From Nemertoderma westbladi (Eukaryota > Animalia > Xenacoelomorpha), in NCBI GenBank assembly GCA_032718475.1, contig JAUCBJ010004660.1:1-37046 (forward strand): 37,046 bases of DNA. The letters are read 5' to 3'. Under the pieces are notes generated by a model, which was not told the DNA's origin, did not search any database, and saw nothing but the letters and a program-made list of their open reading frames with translations. Shown here in pieces: positions 12,741 through 23,660 of this stretch. A program made the position numbers and the translations under genes. Each line of letters begins with the position of its first letter. The stretch's first letter is position 1.

Positions 12741-14085
12741 GATCCAGATCAAAATGTAATAAATTCTGTATTTTCAGGTGGGTACTACAACGAACTCAAA
12801 TTTGACCAAGAATTGTCTCAACGACTCTATGAGTATTTTTCATTTAAATATACGCAGCCTATCGCATAACTTTTCTTGACTATACGATTTCATTATTTTC
12901 CCATAACAATTATGGTGTAGTTTTGCTCTGGATTTTAATATTAATCTTCTCAAAATAAACAACGTTTTTATAAATTATTTAAATATTTTGCACTCCAACG
13001 CTTTTATTCAAACTATAAAAAACCCCACGAGAATAACTAAGTTTTCAAAAACACTTATAGATCATATATCTACTAATATCACAACGGCAGTATGCAACGC
13101 TGGTGATTTACTCACAGAAATTGGCTCCACGGACCACCTACCAACTTTTTTAGTGTAAACAAAATATTCATCGTATTTTAAACAAAATGAATCGAAAATA
13201 ACACCTATGATTATTCAAAGTTTAATTTGCCCTTATTCCAAAATAGTCTGCCAAATAATCAATGCTGGTCTTACGATAATCTTCAATTAAACCCTAATGA
13301 TAAATTCAACACGTTTTGTGATAATTTTGAAGATATTTCACCAAAACTGTGTCCAAGAAACTTATTCCGCGAAAGCCTTGGCTAACAACCTCTTTATTTA
13401 AATGTGTGCACAATAAAAATAAGTTATATGCAATCTACGTTGCAAGACCCACACAAGAAAATCATTCTACCTATAAACAGTATAGGAATAAACTAACCAC
13501 ACTTCTTCGAATGGCAGAAATTATTATTATAGTAGAGAGTTTGAAAATAATAAAACAAATATTCAAAAAACTTGGAAAACCATAAACACAGCTCCTAAGC
13601 AACTTGTAATTAAGAATACGATAATAGCCAGACAATTATTACAGAGAGCCCCTTAGCATTGCAGAATAATTTAATAATTTTTTCACTTTAATTGGTCCAA
13701 AATTATCTGAACAAATTCCACATTCGTCCCGATCTCCTACAAGATATATTACATAAAAAACAACATAAATCTTTCTCACTTATTGAAACTACACCGGTTG
13801 AGGTTCATTACTATTTACTGCATTTAAAAGAGGATTCTGCTTCAAACCACCCATTTCCAGTTAAATTAGTTAAATTATTATGTTATAATATTAGAGCTGG
13901 AACTTTCCCAGACACACTAAAGCAGGCCAAAGTTATACCCGCATACAAAGGCAATGATCCACGTAGTACATTCAGTCATCGTCCGATTTCTGTCGATTTT
14001 TAGTAAAAATTTTGAACAATCATTAATTCCCAGTTTGTATCATATCTTGAATATACTTCTAAACTTACTTCTAATCAATATGGAT
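12741..14085 (+). mobile_element. Duplicated CR1/L2-like ORF2 fragment (APE remnant to start of RT)
   Basis: Matches 3210-4905. KPWLT, GTFPDTLKQAKVIPAYK and RPIS motifs. Confidence 0.85.
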
Positions 14086-15280
14086 CCAGTTCTTCCAAGG
14101 AGACTTCTAATCCGGAAAAATTTCGTAACGTTGTTCATAATCTAATTAAGCGCTTGGGGATTTCATTTGATTGCGTCGTTGTTTTCCATAGAATTGGAAT
14201 AACCAAACCCAGCAAGATCCTCTGGTTCGACACCAAGCCGTCAGAACTCACCTCCAATTGTTGTCAAGTTTTATTGCCACTCAAATCGAACCATTGCAAT
14301 TCGTAACAGAAATGAAATTTTGCTTGCTTATGTCACACCTTAATTCCATAAGATTGTGCTGGTTATGCGACATCAAATACCTAAAAAAAAAGAAATCGAA
14401 CCACTCCGCATTCTCCCATAATGGGAAAGTTCTATATAGAGTCACAGAAGGGAAGAAACCATGGCGAGTCAGTTCATCCGCTGATGTGGAAGTTCTGAAA
14501 GAGAAGTTCAGCTCGCCTCGCTCTCGCACAAAGACGAATCTTCTGGATAAACCAATGCGAACCCGATCCGTGACGAATGATATATCGATTGTCGGGGAAA
14601 CCGACGACGGTGCCGCAGTCCAGAGTGCTGGCAGCACTGACAATCCTTGAGAAACTACCTAGCTTACAATCTATAGATATCAGATAGAAATAAGTTACAT
14701 GCAATTATTTTTATTAATCCTACAGTAAAACTAAACGGAACCACGAAATAGTGTATACTATTTTCAGAGATATCTGAAAATCCGAACGTGTTTAACTGTT
14801 TAATTTCGCCTGATTTTCCTCATTGTAATTTGCGCAAACTTATTATATTTCTCTTCTTTCTTTCTTTGTCAATGATTAAGCAGATTATGTACTACTAATA
14901 TTTAGTTATACTATATATTCGAAATAGTATGTTGTATTTATCTACTACCATATCCAAGTAGCAAAGTATAATGGTAATATGACTGACACACCATGGTGCA
15001 AGTTATTAGTTTATAAAGTAAGTTTTATCTCGACTGAGGTAGTCCTACCTCCTCGCATATTTAGGACCCCCTGATTTATTATACCTGATTAATATTCCCT
15101 ATGAGTCTTTCCAACCCACTAAGATGCCATTTTTGTTTTGTCCCTATCTGAAATAATGAACCCAAACTCAACTGTGTTATCTGCAATAATATTTACCACG
15201 TCCCCTGTGGAACTCATTTAAATATCCAAAATATACTAAATAATCCTGATAACATTTATTGCACCCTATGCTGTGTGACT
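14086..15280 (+). mobile_element. Duplicated ORF1/PHD LINE fragment
   Basis: Matches ~8955-10140. Confidence 0.7.
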
Positions 15281-15629
15281 TGAATTGTGCCAAATGTTAT
15301 AAGGCATGGCCTAATATATATATATTCTCAGTGTGTAATATTTTGGTGGAGGTTGTCCGGTACCGTACCGGTACCGGTACGGTTGTTCAGACTATTGTGT
15401 GTTGTCAGTTGTATCATAACTGTCAGTAGTTGTTGAAGTTATTATCAGAGAGCTTTTAACAATGGTAGCAGAGCGTTTTGTCGTCGCTTGTATGTTGTAA
15501 ATTAATTCCTGAATTGCAGAATTAATTGTTGTATTTTGGATCAAGGACTTGATTTGGATACCGTGTGGCCGGTAGGTACCTGATACACAGTACCGGCAAA
15601 AAATGGAGGATGGAGGTTCTTGGGGAGTT

Positions 15630-15812
15630 TTTAACATACTATACTGAAAACTTCCCATTTTGCACAGCTCCAGACACTGACACCGATATATTCTATAACG
15701 ACGACGAAGTTGACTTCAACCTGCCACATAACTATGATGGCAATGACAAAACATTCCAAGACATTGACCCAGACCAAAACCTACATTCTAATAATACAGA
15801 TGGCAACTATTT
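15630..15812 (+). pseudogene. Short CR1/L2-like ORF2 N-terminal fragment
   Basis: FPF...FQDIDPDQNL...NY, the same pre-endonuclease motif as DLDPDQN at 1462/3210. Confidence 0.5.
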
Positions 15813-16055
15813 TTGTCAATTTTTTAAAGTCTACTTTTTAGACTGTATAAAATTTGCTTTATTTTGGCATTCATGTACTTTTTTTCCAAAATATAGCAAA
15901 CTTATTAATTACGTCTTCACAATTCTGCACATGTAAATCTAATGAAGTGTGCACATTTCCATCAATCACTAAACATTGCCCCTAAGTACATATAACTAGT
16001 GCAATATTTAACTTTTAAATTCTTACTACCAAGTCACATTTATCTACTTTATTAA

Positions 16056-17745
16056 CCCTTTTAGTACTGAATTGGAAAATATCTTGTACCTCCAGAACCT
16101 GAATATATTTTATGAAATTATAAAAATATTTCTTAAACTTCAACAAATGTCACAGGCTTGCTTCCTTTCAAAATAATCTATGTTTCCCCAATTATGAGGT
16201 TGTTTTTACCGTAGATTTCATTTCCGAAGTCTGTTTTTCTGTACAGCCTATCCTTCCTTATGTGTCTGTTGTCTGTCTGTCTGTCTGTCTGTCAAATAGA
16301 AAAATTGTGTTTCAACTGAAATCTGAATCTCCTTTTGGGTAATCAATGCCGTGGAATTCGAATCTAACAATAACTCTCCCTACCATGTGCCAAAACCAGT
16401 TGGACCGATGAATTTCTTCATCTCAGCCACAGTGATTACCTTCCACTTCTTAGCACAAGTACCATCATCGTTTGTGTAAAATTTCTGAGCACGGATGTTT
16501 GTCCACGTGGCGACAGCTTCAAATAGCTGATCAGGTAGAAACACTTGGAAGTAGTCAATTACACTAAATTCAGAAGTGTCAATCCCATTGTTCCACCCCG
16601 GTGTTCCACTAAAATCGAATTGGACACTAAAACTAACGTCACTGGCTTCAGTGACAACATCCCACCCGTCACCTGGTAGAGGTGCAATTGCATAACGAGA
16701 GCTGCTGTCTGATGAGTCGTCGGAATCATCAACAGAACCCTCACTTGAACTACTAGCTGCATCACCCTGGTTATCCCCACTTTCCATTCCCGTCACATCG
16801 TCACCACTTTCTCCACTACCATCAACATAATCATCGACTTCATCGTCGCTCTCATTACTTAGAGTAAAACCATAGTAATTAACAGGATGGCGATCTCTTT
16901 CAGGTCTGTCTGCCATGGCCACTGTTAGACTGTTAGACGTACAGTCACTCAATATAGGCCCTAATAATTAATATAATCAGATAATCGTATTATATAATAT
17001 AATAAATAGTATATATCAGTATATTCCAAATGGCACAAGTAGGCTGCCGGTAATAGGCTACACTTAATTTCACTAGGCCTATTACAGTATATATTATGAG
17101 AATAAATTCTACCGTAATTCTAATTCACTACGCACTACGTACCGGTAATAATAATAATAATAATTAATTGATATAGGCCTATACCGGTAATAAATAATTA
17201 TTATAAATTTATATGATAATTATAGGCCTAATAAAAAACAGCATACGTCATACACATAAGTGCAGCAGTGCCGTAAATTGATTCACAAATGACTGACTGA
17301 ATATACAATTACTAACAAATGGATGGATGGAACGTAGTAGCTTTAGTCACCTACAGGATAATATTATGATGTGTTATCCAATCACAAACGAGATAACAAA
17401 CCACTCCAGGGTTTAGGGCACGGTACCCCGTAATGTATAATGGATAGTAGTCAACAATCTACCTACAACCAATTCGCCCTGCCTCAACAAAGGCAGCAAA
17501 GTTGGAAGTAAAAGGCCTAGATTTGAATCTCCATAGAAGGCAAGGTAAACCCATTAGCCAATCAAATGGCTGCAAAAAAATTTCAAAAATTATTGTCCTA
17601 AGGCACTGAATAGTGAATTGGAACACTTTCTAAGGCGCTGTTGGGTGGTGGATGGCCTGCTTATCAAGTGAGATGCCATGGTACAACAGTTGGGACATAG
17701 CGCAGGTGGTTATGGTACAACAGGTGGGACATAGTACTAAAAGGG
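16056..17745 (-). mobile_element. Internally deleted piggyBac DNA transposon (1690 bp)
   Basis: Perfect 13-bp TIRs CCCTTTTAGTACT (16056-16068) and AGTACTAAAAGGG (17733-17745). TTAA TSDs at 16052-16055 and 17746-17749. Subterminal 21-bp direct repeats at 17680-17734. Confidence 0.93.
16380..16916 (-). pseudogene. piggyBac transposase, N-terminal part only
   Basis: ATG at 16916, an acidic S/D-rich N-terminus, then FSGTPG, DYFQVFLPDQLFEAVATWTN and WKVITVAEMKKFIG. The catalytic DDD core is missing. Confidence 0.85.
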
Positions 17746-20021
17746 TTAATACCATTTATAACAAAAAAATTGGTTTTTTACATTCATTACCATACCTGAC
17801 CCTTCGCAAAATTGTAACAAAGCATCTAATTTTAATAAACATTTTTCTCGATATGTGGACAATATGACGGTCTCATCCATCAGTAACAACATGCTAATTG
17901 TCCCTAAAAACCCGTCCACTTTTACCGCATTATATTTTATCATTGAGACCAATCTGTCAATATACATACAGAATAAAAACACTGAGGTAGGAGCACCACT
18001 ATTTCACTTTTTTTATCTTTCACTATTTTTTTCACTATTTATCTTTATTTATTTATCGCAATTGGTTGACTCAAAGAAAATTAACATTTATAATCATACA
18101 ATCACTACTAGTACTGGGTAAGTAAGTTTTTTTTAATTTTTATGGATAATGGTGATGTTTTTTTTTATTTTGGTGGTTGAGCTTTGAGAGGAGTTGGCTG
18201 TAGCGGGGGCTAGTGTAGCTAATTCCTTTCATCGTCCAATTGGATGGGGAGGGGTGGGTTTTACAGTGGGGTATGGAATTTAAGGCTCGTCTTTCCAACC
18301 AAGTATGGCAGAGTATACCAAGTATGGTCAAAGTATGCCATTTTTATTTTTAGATATTTTAGTCTGATTTTTATCTTATTAATTTATTATATTATTTTAA
18401 CGTTAAGAATGCTTTTGTATTGTTATTATTATTATTATTTTTAAATTTCGCTTTATATGAGATTTTTTTTTTATGAATTGACCTTTATTATTCGCCATTA
18501 TTTTAATAAGATGTTTGTTTCGATGTTATTTTAGTTCATGTAATAATATTTATTTTAATTTATTTCCCAGTGATTTTTTCGATAAACTCTTTTTAATATT
18601 ATTATCTAACGCGTTCCAGACAATGGCACCGTGATATTTGAGTGATTCTGTGTCTGTGTCTATTAGAAGAGACAGTAACAATACCTGCAATATCCTACTG
18701 TAAAGTTTGTGAATCAAATCATAAATCCGACCTTCTCACCAAAACAGTAAACTTCAAGTAAGCGAATATATTGCAGTATCGATCTCTTATAACCGGTGAG
18801 GCAGAAAACAGTCTACGAGCAGACAAACTTCGATAAAACAAAATCCCGCGCAGCGAATCCTAAAATCAGGCTGACTCACTGACGGACTAAAAGGCTCGTA
18901 TACTTTGCCGCGGTGTGATTTATATGGTTGGGCAAAAAGGGACGCTAGCTAGGTACAGAGGCAGAGATTTGGAGATGTCTAACTAGCGGGCAAAGCACAG
19001 TACGGACAAAAGTTAATTTTATATATTTTGAGGTGTAAATAATTTCTAACGCGCGTGTGTTAGTTCTGAACGGTCAAAAACAGTTTTGCTCCTTCACATA
19101 TATAATTACTGGGTACGGTGTGCATTTTACGAATATTCTAATTTTGTAACTTGTAGGTCCAATCCAAGGTCCAAGGTTCCTTCCCCTCTTGCGTATTTCC
19201 AGGACTCAAATTCAGGCATAAGGTTAATGCTACGCCCAGAATTCGGCAATTTTTAATTTACCAGGTCCCTGATACTAAGAAGAGATGTGTTAGTTTACTA
19301 CTGTAGGCGTACAGTTACTAATAGCTATCCTGGCGTCCTATCTAGAATTTTAGTCACCCAGGTAGGCCGGGTAACTTCCTATCAGGGCGTTGGCGGGGAC
19401 ACGGTAGATGTTAGTATATCCCTAATAGCCTCAATTTATTTGCGCCTAGTTGTAAACTGCCCTACCGCCTGAACGGTACAATCCCAATTCAGGTGAAAAC
19501 ACAACAACCCTCCTAGCCTACAAGTTCTAATGCAACAGACACCGTTGTACTGCAAATAGTCACAGACGCACCTGTACTTAGCAAGAGTTAGGCGTACAGT
19601 TTGCTGCACCCTACCAATGTGTATGCTTCGTACCGGTGTGCCTACGTCCTATCTGCGTACTAGTATCTGCCTGCGCTCTCCCCCCGTAGGAATGTGAAGG
19701 TCTACTGTGGTTTTTTCCTGAATCAAGACAGTACAGTCCCTAAGATGTAATTTTAGGCTCACAGCGTGTCACTACTTCTACCTTTTGATCTTTGGTCTTA
19801 TGCTTAGGTAGCAAGGCGTCGAACGCTGTCTAACCTTTCAGGCGATGGGCGAATAACTCAAGATGGTATTGCGGGTTGTCTCTTGTCTACATTCCCCCGA
19901 TGTTCCCGTTCATTGCTGCGGCCCGATCTCTAGCCGGCCATCCTGTCCCTTAGCTGGGTTCACCGTGGTGAAGCATAGTAAAACAGATAGAAAAGGGCAG
20001 ATGTGACTAGTATTTCTAACT

Positions 20022-20027
20022 TTTATT
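20022..20027 (-). terminator. Candidate LTR poly(A) signal AATAAA
   Basis: Lies about 110 nt downstream of the TATA box on the element's sense strand. Confidence 0.5.
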
Positions 20028-20136
20028 ACAAAATCAAACAGATAAGTGAATGATAAGATAAGATAACTAATAAGTTCAGAAAGATATAGATAGAATGCAC
20101 TGAGATAATAAAGTTACTAATGAACGAAATCGCACC

Positions 20137-20283
20137 TTTATATAGCAAATTTGTGCTGCAATCAATCGAGAAAATTCTCGATTGTTCTATAGGTTCTAAC
20201 AGGTTTTTAAAGATAGCTATTGGTCCAGCTAATATATAACTTGCACGACATTGGTTACAATCAAATAACTACAGTCTCATTGG
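20137..20283 (-). promoter_or_regulatory. LTR U3 Pol II promoter (3' LTR copy)
   Basis: Minus-strand CCAAT at 20279-83, 20250-54 and 20219-23 (~30 bp spacing), an HSE-like palindrome at 20163-20188, and TATATAAA at 20137-44. Confidence 0.7.
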
Positions 20284-20340
20284 TACAGACAAATGCAATT
20301 AATTTGTAGCGGTCAATTTAAATGAGTTGAAATTCTGCAC

Positions 20341-20427
20341 AAAAAATAATTCGCACTTACTAAGATTCGAACTCAATACCTACTACACATATAATTTCCA
20401 ACTCTCTACCGACTGAGCTACTGAACC
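20341..20427 (-). promoter_or_regulatory. tRNA-derived Pol III A/B-box unit at the start of the 3' LTR
   Basis: TAGCTCAGTCGGTAGAG (A box/D arm), GAGTTCGAATC (B box/T arm), then T6. Anticodon and acceptor stems do not pair. Confidence 0.65.
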
Positions 20428-20779
20428 ACTTGACCAATAGGCGTACAAATGATAGAACAAATACGAATGAGAACTCAAAGCAATCTTTTACAAAGTTAAT
20501 TCGAATAAAATAAAATTTTGAAAATCCACGGCATTTAGGGAATATAATTCTATACCGCTCCATGAAAACAGGATATTATCGGACATAAAATATACGGTTT
20601 TCACCAATAATCAATCAAACTATAGAATACTTAGGGCGTACTTACACATTTACAAATTAAATTTCAAATAATACTTCCTTTCTACGTAATGATTCGATAC
20701 AAAAATAGTTACAAATTCAAACTTTACGAATTTAAGGCTTTACTAAGTAAGTACAATATAAATCTAAATTAAATTCACC

Positions 20780-21200
20780 AATATAAATCTATTGCATCTC
20801 AATATTGCATAAATTCAAATAATTACAAATACTTTCGTGCCTAAATGTAGATTGCATAAGTTCGGAATAATTACAAATATGAGTCTTTCTAAGCACAAAA
20901 CTTTCTGACTATAAAACTTTCTAAATACAAAATATAACACTTTACAAATGAAACTATAAGAAAGGCCCACGAGTCTTCCATCTACTCTTACTTTCTATTT
21001 CACTGTAAGTACAAATACTGCTTATAAAATATAAATTGCATAGTATTCGGAACAATATAAATTGCATAAGTTCGGAATAATCACAAATATAAAATATAAA
21101 TCTTACAAATATAAATTCTTACTAAATATAAATTCTTGCTAAATATGAGTCTTTACTAGAATACAAAACTTACTAATTAAATATAAAACATATAATTCAA
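20780..21200. repeat. AT-rich degenerate short repeats in the element's 3' non-coding region
   Basis: ATTGCATAAGTTCGGAATAAT(T/C)ACAAATA at 20851 and 21061 with a variant at ~21035, plus several AAATATAAAT(T)CTT units. Confidence 0.7.
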
Positions 21201-21259
21201 AATAAATCACAAATCATAAGAAAGGCTCACGAGTCTTCCGTCCACCCTTGCCCTCCCTT

Positions 21260-22774
21260 TTATCGCTTTGTTGATCGAGCCCTGCCGCGTCCTCGAAAAC
21301 TGCGCACAGGTGACTTTGCTCGCGATATGGGACTTGTGGGGCGAGTCACTGGTTTCGTTTGGACGTTGAGAGACGGTGCGACCATTTCCTCGCAAATTCG
21401 TCTATTTGGCATCCCAAAACCTCGACCGATTCCTCGTGACCGATCAGTTGTCACTACAGTTGGTAGAACGTCTGGGAACGCGCGAGAAGCGGACGACGCA
21501 GACCCAAGAGTAGCTTGCGCCCCCTGTTGATCAGCTGGTGTATGTCCCGATCCTCCTACTGGTTCTCTAGGAAGTGATACCGTATCCCGAGTAACTCGAA
21601 TGGTCGGCTCAACTCCCTTGCGTTCTTCTATATTAATAATTTTCTTCAATTGTTGGCCCACTTTCTGGACCCGTATGATCCTACCCTGTCCGTCCTCCCG
21701 AGGGTGACGTGCAGACGGCGCAACCGGAGCGGCTGGTATATTTGTCGCCTCTAGGACCTCCTCTTCCTCGAATACGCTCGCTCGTATACGTTTGTGGTAA
21801 AACGCGGCTCGGTACGCCCATGCGACGGTTAACCAAGCTCCTTTATTCCGCTTTTCAGTTCGGAAACGATCGAATTCACCATACGTAATGCGATTAACGA
21901 CTTTCTGAAAATTCCACGTGTTTTTGTTATCCGGGTGAATCTGTAGTAGATACTCGCGCACTACTCGAAATCCGCTGTCGTGGGGCAAAATATCGACTAC
22001 CTCGATAAGTTCGTCATATTGGGGCATAGCGGAGATATATCCTTCCGACATCATCGTCTGAGGATTTACCGCCCAAAATCCGAGATGCGCTCTCATCGGA
22101 AACCGTCTTCTTTGTGCCGATACATGTTCGTCGGCTAAATCTTCCCACTCATCAAATAATTTCCTCACGAGTTTTACAGATTCGTGTTCATAAGGTATGT
22201 CTCTTAGTTGGCACTCAGATGCTCGATGTCCTTTTATATTGCAATAAGTACATTGAGCCATAAATCTCCAGCAAGTATAAAAGGTATGAGACCCTTGATC
22301 CCCACACCATCCACAGATTAGCTGAGTCGTAGTAATGTGCTTTCCACTGCACTTTGTCATATGATGTCCAGCGACGCCACATTTACCACACATCGTATTG
22401 GCAGGGTACCACACTCGTTCGTATATAAGATCCCCAATCGGTCGAGCGCTTCCTCCCACACTATAATCGTAATCATCTGGGTCTATGGGTTGGTAGGTTT
22501 CTGAAGGTTGTATACAAACTATAGCATCTGTTGCTTCAAGTTGTCGAATCTCCATCTGAGATTTCTTCGGGAGGTTCCTTTCTATCTCAAGAAGTTCCTC
22601 TAAAGGATCGTCGGCGATCGTAGTAGTTACGTCGAAATCATCACCAAGGTGACCGATAGGCGCGCGCGTCTGCCGTGATTCATCCGTAATCTCCACGATA
22701 CGTTCTCCTTCATAGGGTAACAATGTAAACATAGATGGTCTTTCGATAAGAGATCCCGCACAGCGAAGATACAC
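21260..22774 (-). CDS. Extra ORF: triple CCHC zinc-knuckle protein with an unrecognised domain and a basic RG-rich tail
   Basis: At least 504 open codons (the frame is open from ~22845). CGKC-x4-H-x4-C, CGWC-x5-H-x4-C and CTYC-x4-H-x4-C at 22211-22390. C-terminus RSFRGRGRARSTKR. No obvious signal peptide or TM segment. Confidence 0.8.
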   Translation of the reverse strand: MYLRCAGSLIERPSMFTLLPYEGERIVEITDESRQTRAPIGHLGDDFDVTTTIADDPLEELLEIERNLPKKSQMEIRQLEATDAIVCIQPSETYQPIDPDDYDYSVGGSARPIGDLIYERVWYPANTMCGKCGVAGHHMTKCSGKHITTTQLICGWCGDQGSHTFYTCWRFMAQCTYCNIKGHRASECQLRDIPYEHESVKLVRKLFDEWEDLADEHVSAQRRRFPMRAHLGFWAVNPQTMMSEGYISAMPQYDELIEVVDILPHDSGFRVVREYLLQIHPDNKNTWNFQKVVNRITYGEFDRFRTEKRNKGAWLTVAWAYRAAFYHKRIRASVFEEEEVLEATNIPAAPVAPSARHPREDGQGRIIRVQKVGQQLKKIINIEERKGVEPTIRVTRDTVSLPREPVGGSGHTPADQQGAQATLGSASSASRAFPDVLPTVVTTDRSRGIGRGFGMPNRRICEEMVAPSLNVQTKPVTRPTSPISRAKSPVRSFRGRGRARSTKR

Positions 22775-22998
22775 GTCTCGAAATATACTAAATCCTGCTC
22801 GAGTAAAGGCATTACACTGAGCGTCGGAGTTGTAGAAGGGTTGTCATATTTAGTCTTTGCGAGTTTCGCTGTACTTTCTGATAATTCCTTTATACCGAAT
22901 ATAGTATAGTCCTTGGCTCCAAATCTTTCGAATGGCGCTGCTGCCTCCTCTTGGATATCATATCCCCATCTCGGCTCTCCTTGTATCCCTTTCTCCAT
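22627..22998 (-). CDS. Probable N-terminal part of the extra ORF (joined by a -1 shift)
   Basis: ATG-initiated and overlapping the zinc-knuckle frame, which is in the -1 frame and has no good upstream ATG. Confidence 0.5.
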   Translation of the reverse strand: MEKGIQGEPRWGYDIQEEAAAPFERFGAKDYTIFGIKELSESTAKLAKTKYDNPSTTPTLSVMPLLEQDLVYFETCIFAVRDLLSKDHLCLHCYPMKENVSWRLRMNHGRRARLSVTLVMIST

Positions 22999-23660
22999 AA
23001 TTAGGGGTGTAGTTACATAATCATTACTACTAGAGGGAATACAACAGAGTTTGTAGTTAGTTGTGAGGAGACGTGAGAGTTTCGTCTGCCCTTTGGGCTC
23101 GACAACGCTCTAACCTCCTACCCATAGCCTAAGATCTAGGGTTTCTTTAATGACACGCTGCTTCTTATCTAAAATTTTTTGCCGAAATAAAAAACGAATT
23201 TGGGCTAAACTGGCTGTGAGTCTAAAATACTCACTTTTTGATCCCAAACTATTATCAGAAAATAAGCAATCAAGAATTAGTAATAAATATAGGGGAGTCT
23301 ATTTGTTGACGTAACTTATTGAAACAAGACCATGTAAAATTTAATTAAAATTTTAAGAAAGGCTCGCAAGTCTTCCTCTCTTGTTTCTCTAATTTTAAGT
23401 TCCACCCGACTGTACCCTGAAATCTATTCACTGGAGAAAATTTTAAAAATTTTTCAAATCCAAATGGATTGTCTAAAATTTCGAAAATGTCTCAATATTG
23501 TGAGTTCCAAGTAGAATTCCATTTCTTATACCTACAAATCCCGCTCCTATGTGACACATAAGGGTACTACCCTCAATGTTCACATATAAAGACAATGGAA
23601 TTCTACCGCTGTCCTTACTACGGTGTACAGGTACGTGGAAATCTGTTTGTAAACTCCTAA

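Larger units (their letters stand above)
10632..15500 (+). repeat. Local segmental duplication, copy B (lacks the equivalents of ~3345-3680 and ~4906-8954)
   Basis: Same order of PHD, RTE, APE and ORF1 blocks. The junction AATATGGAT|CCAGT at 14085/14086 joins the copy-A positions ~4905 and ~8955. Confidence 0.9.
15830..17997 (-). mobile_element. LINE RT fragment split by the piggyBac (pieces 17746-17997 and ~15830-16055)
   Basis: GAPTS..LLLMDETVIL..GMVMNVK on the right continues as VKYCTSYMYLGAMFSD on the left once the piggyBac and one TTAA are removed. Confidence 0.75.
18660..20420 (-). repeat. 3' LTR (1761 bp of shared-boundary sequence)
   Basis: Direct repeat of 34421-35419, from CTATTAGAAGAGAC to GACTGAGCTA, plus a 766-bp segment (19323-20088) missing from the other copy. 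Confidence 0.9.

Noticed and set aside
21260-22774. Extra ORF as an envelope gene or Nanos
   Set aside because: No signal peptide or TM helix. Knuckle spacing (x4/x5-H-x4) differs from the Nanos fingers.
23066-23119. Hammerhead ribozyme (stem plus GAAAC)
   Set aside because: No CUGAnGA core, and GAAA is not adjacent to the stem.
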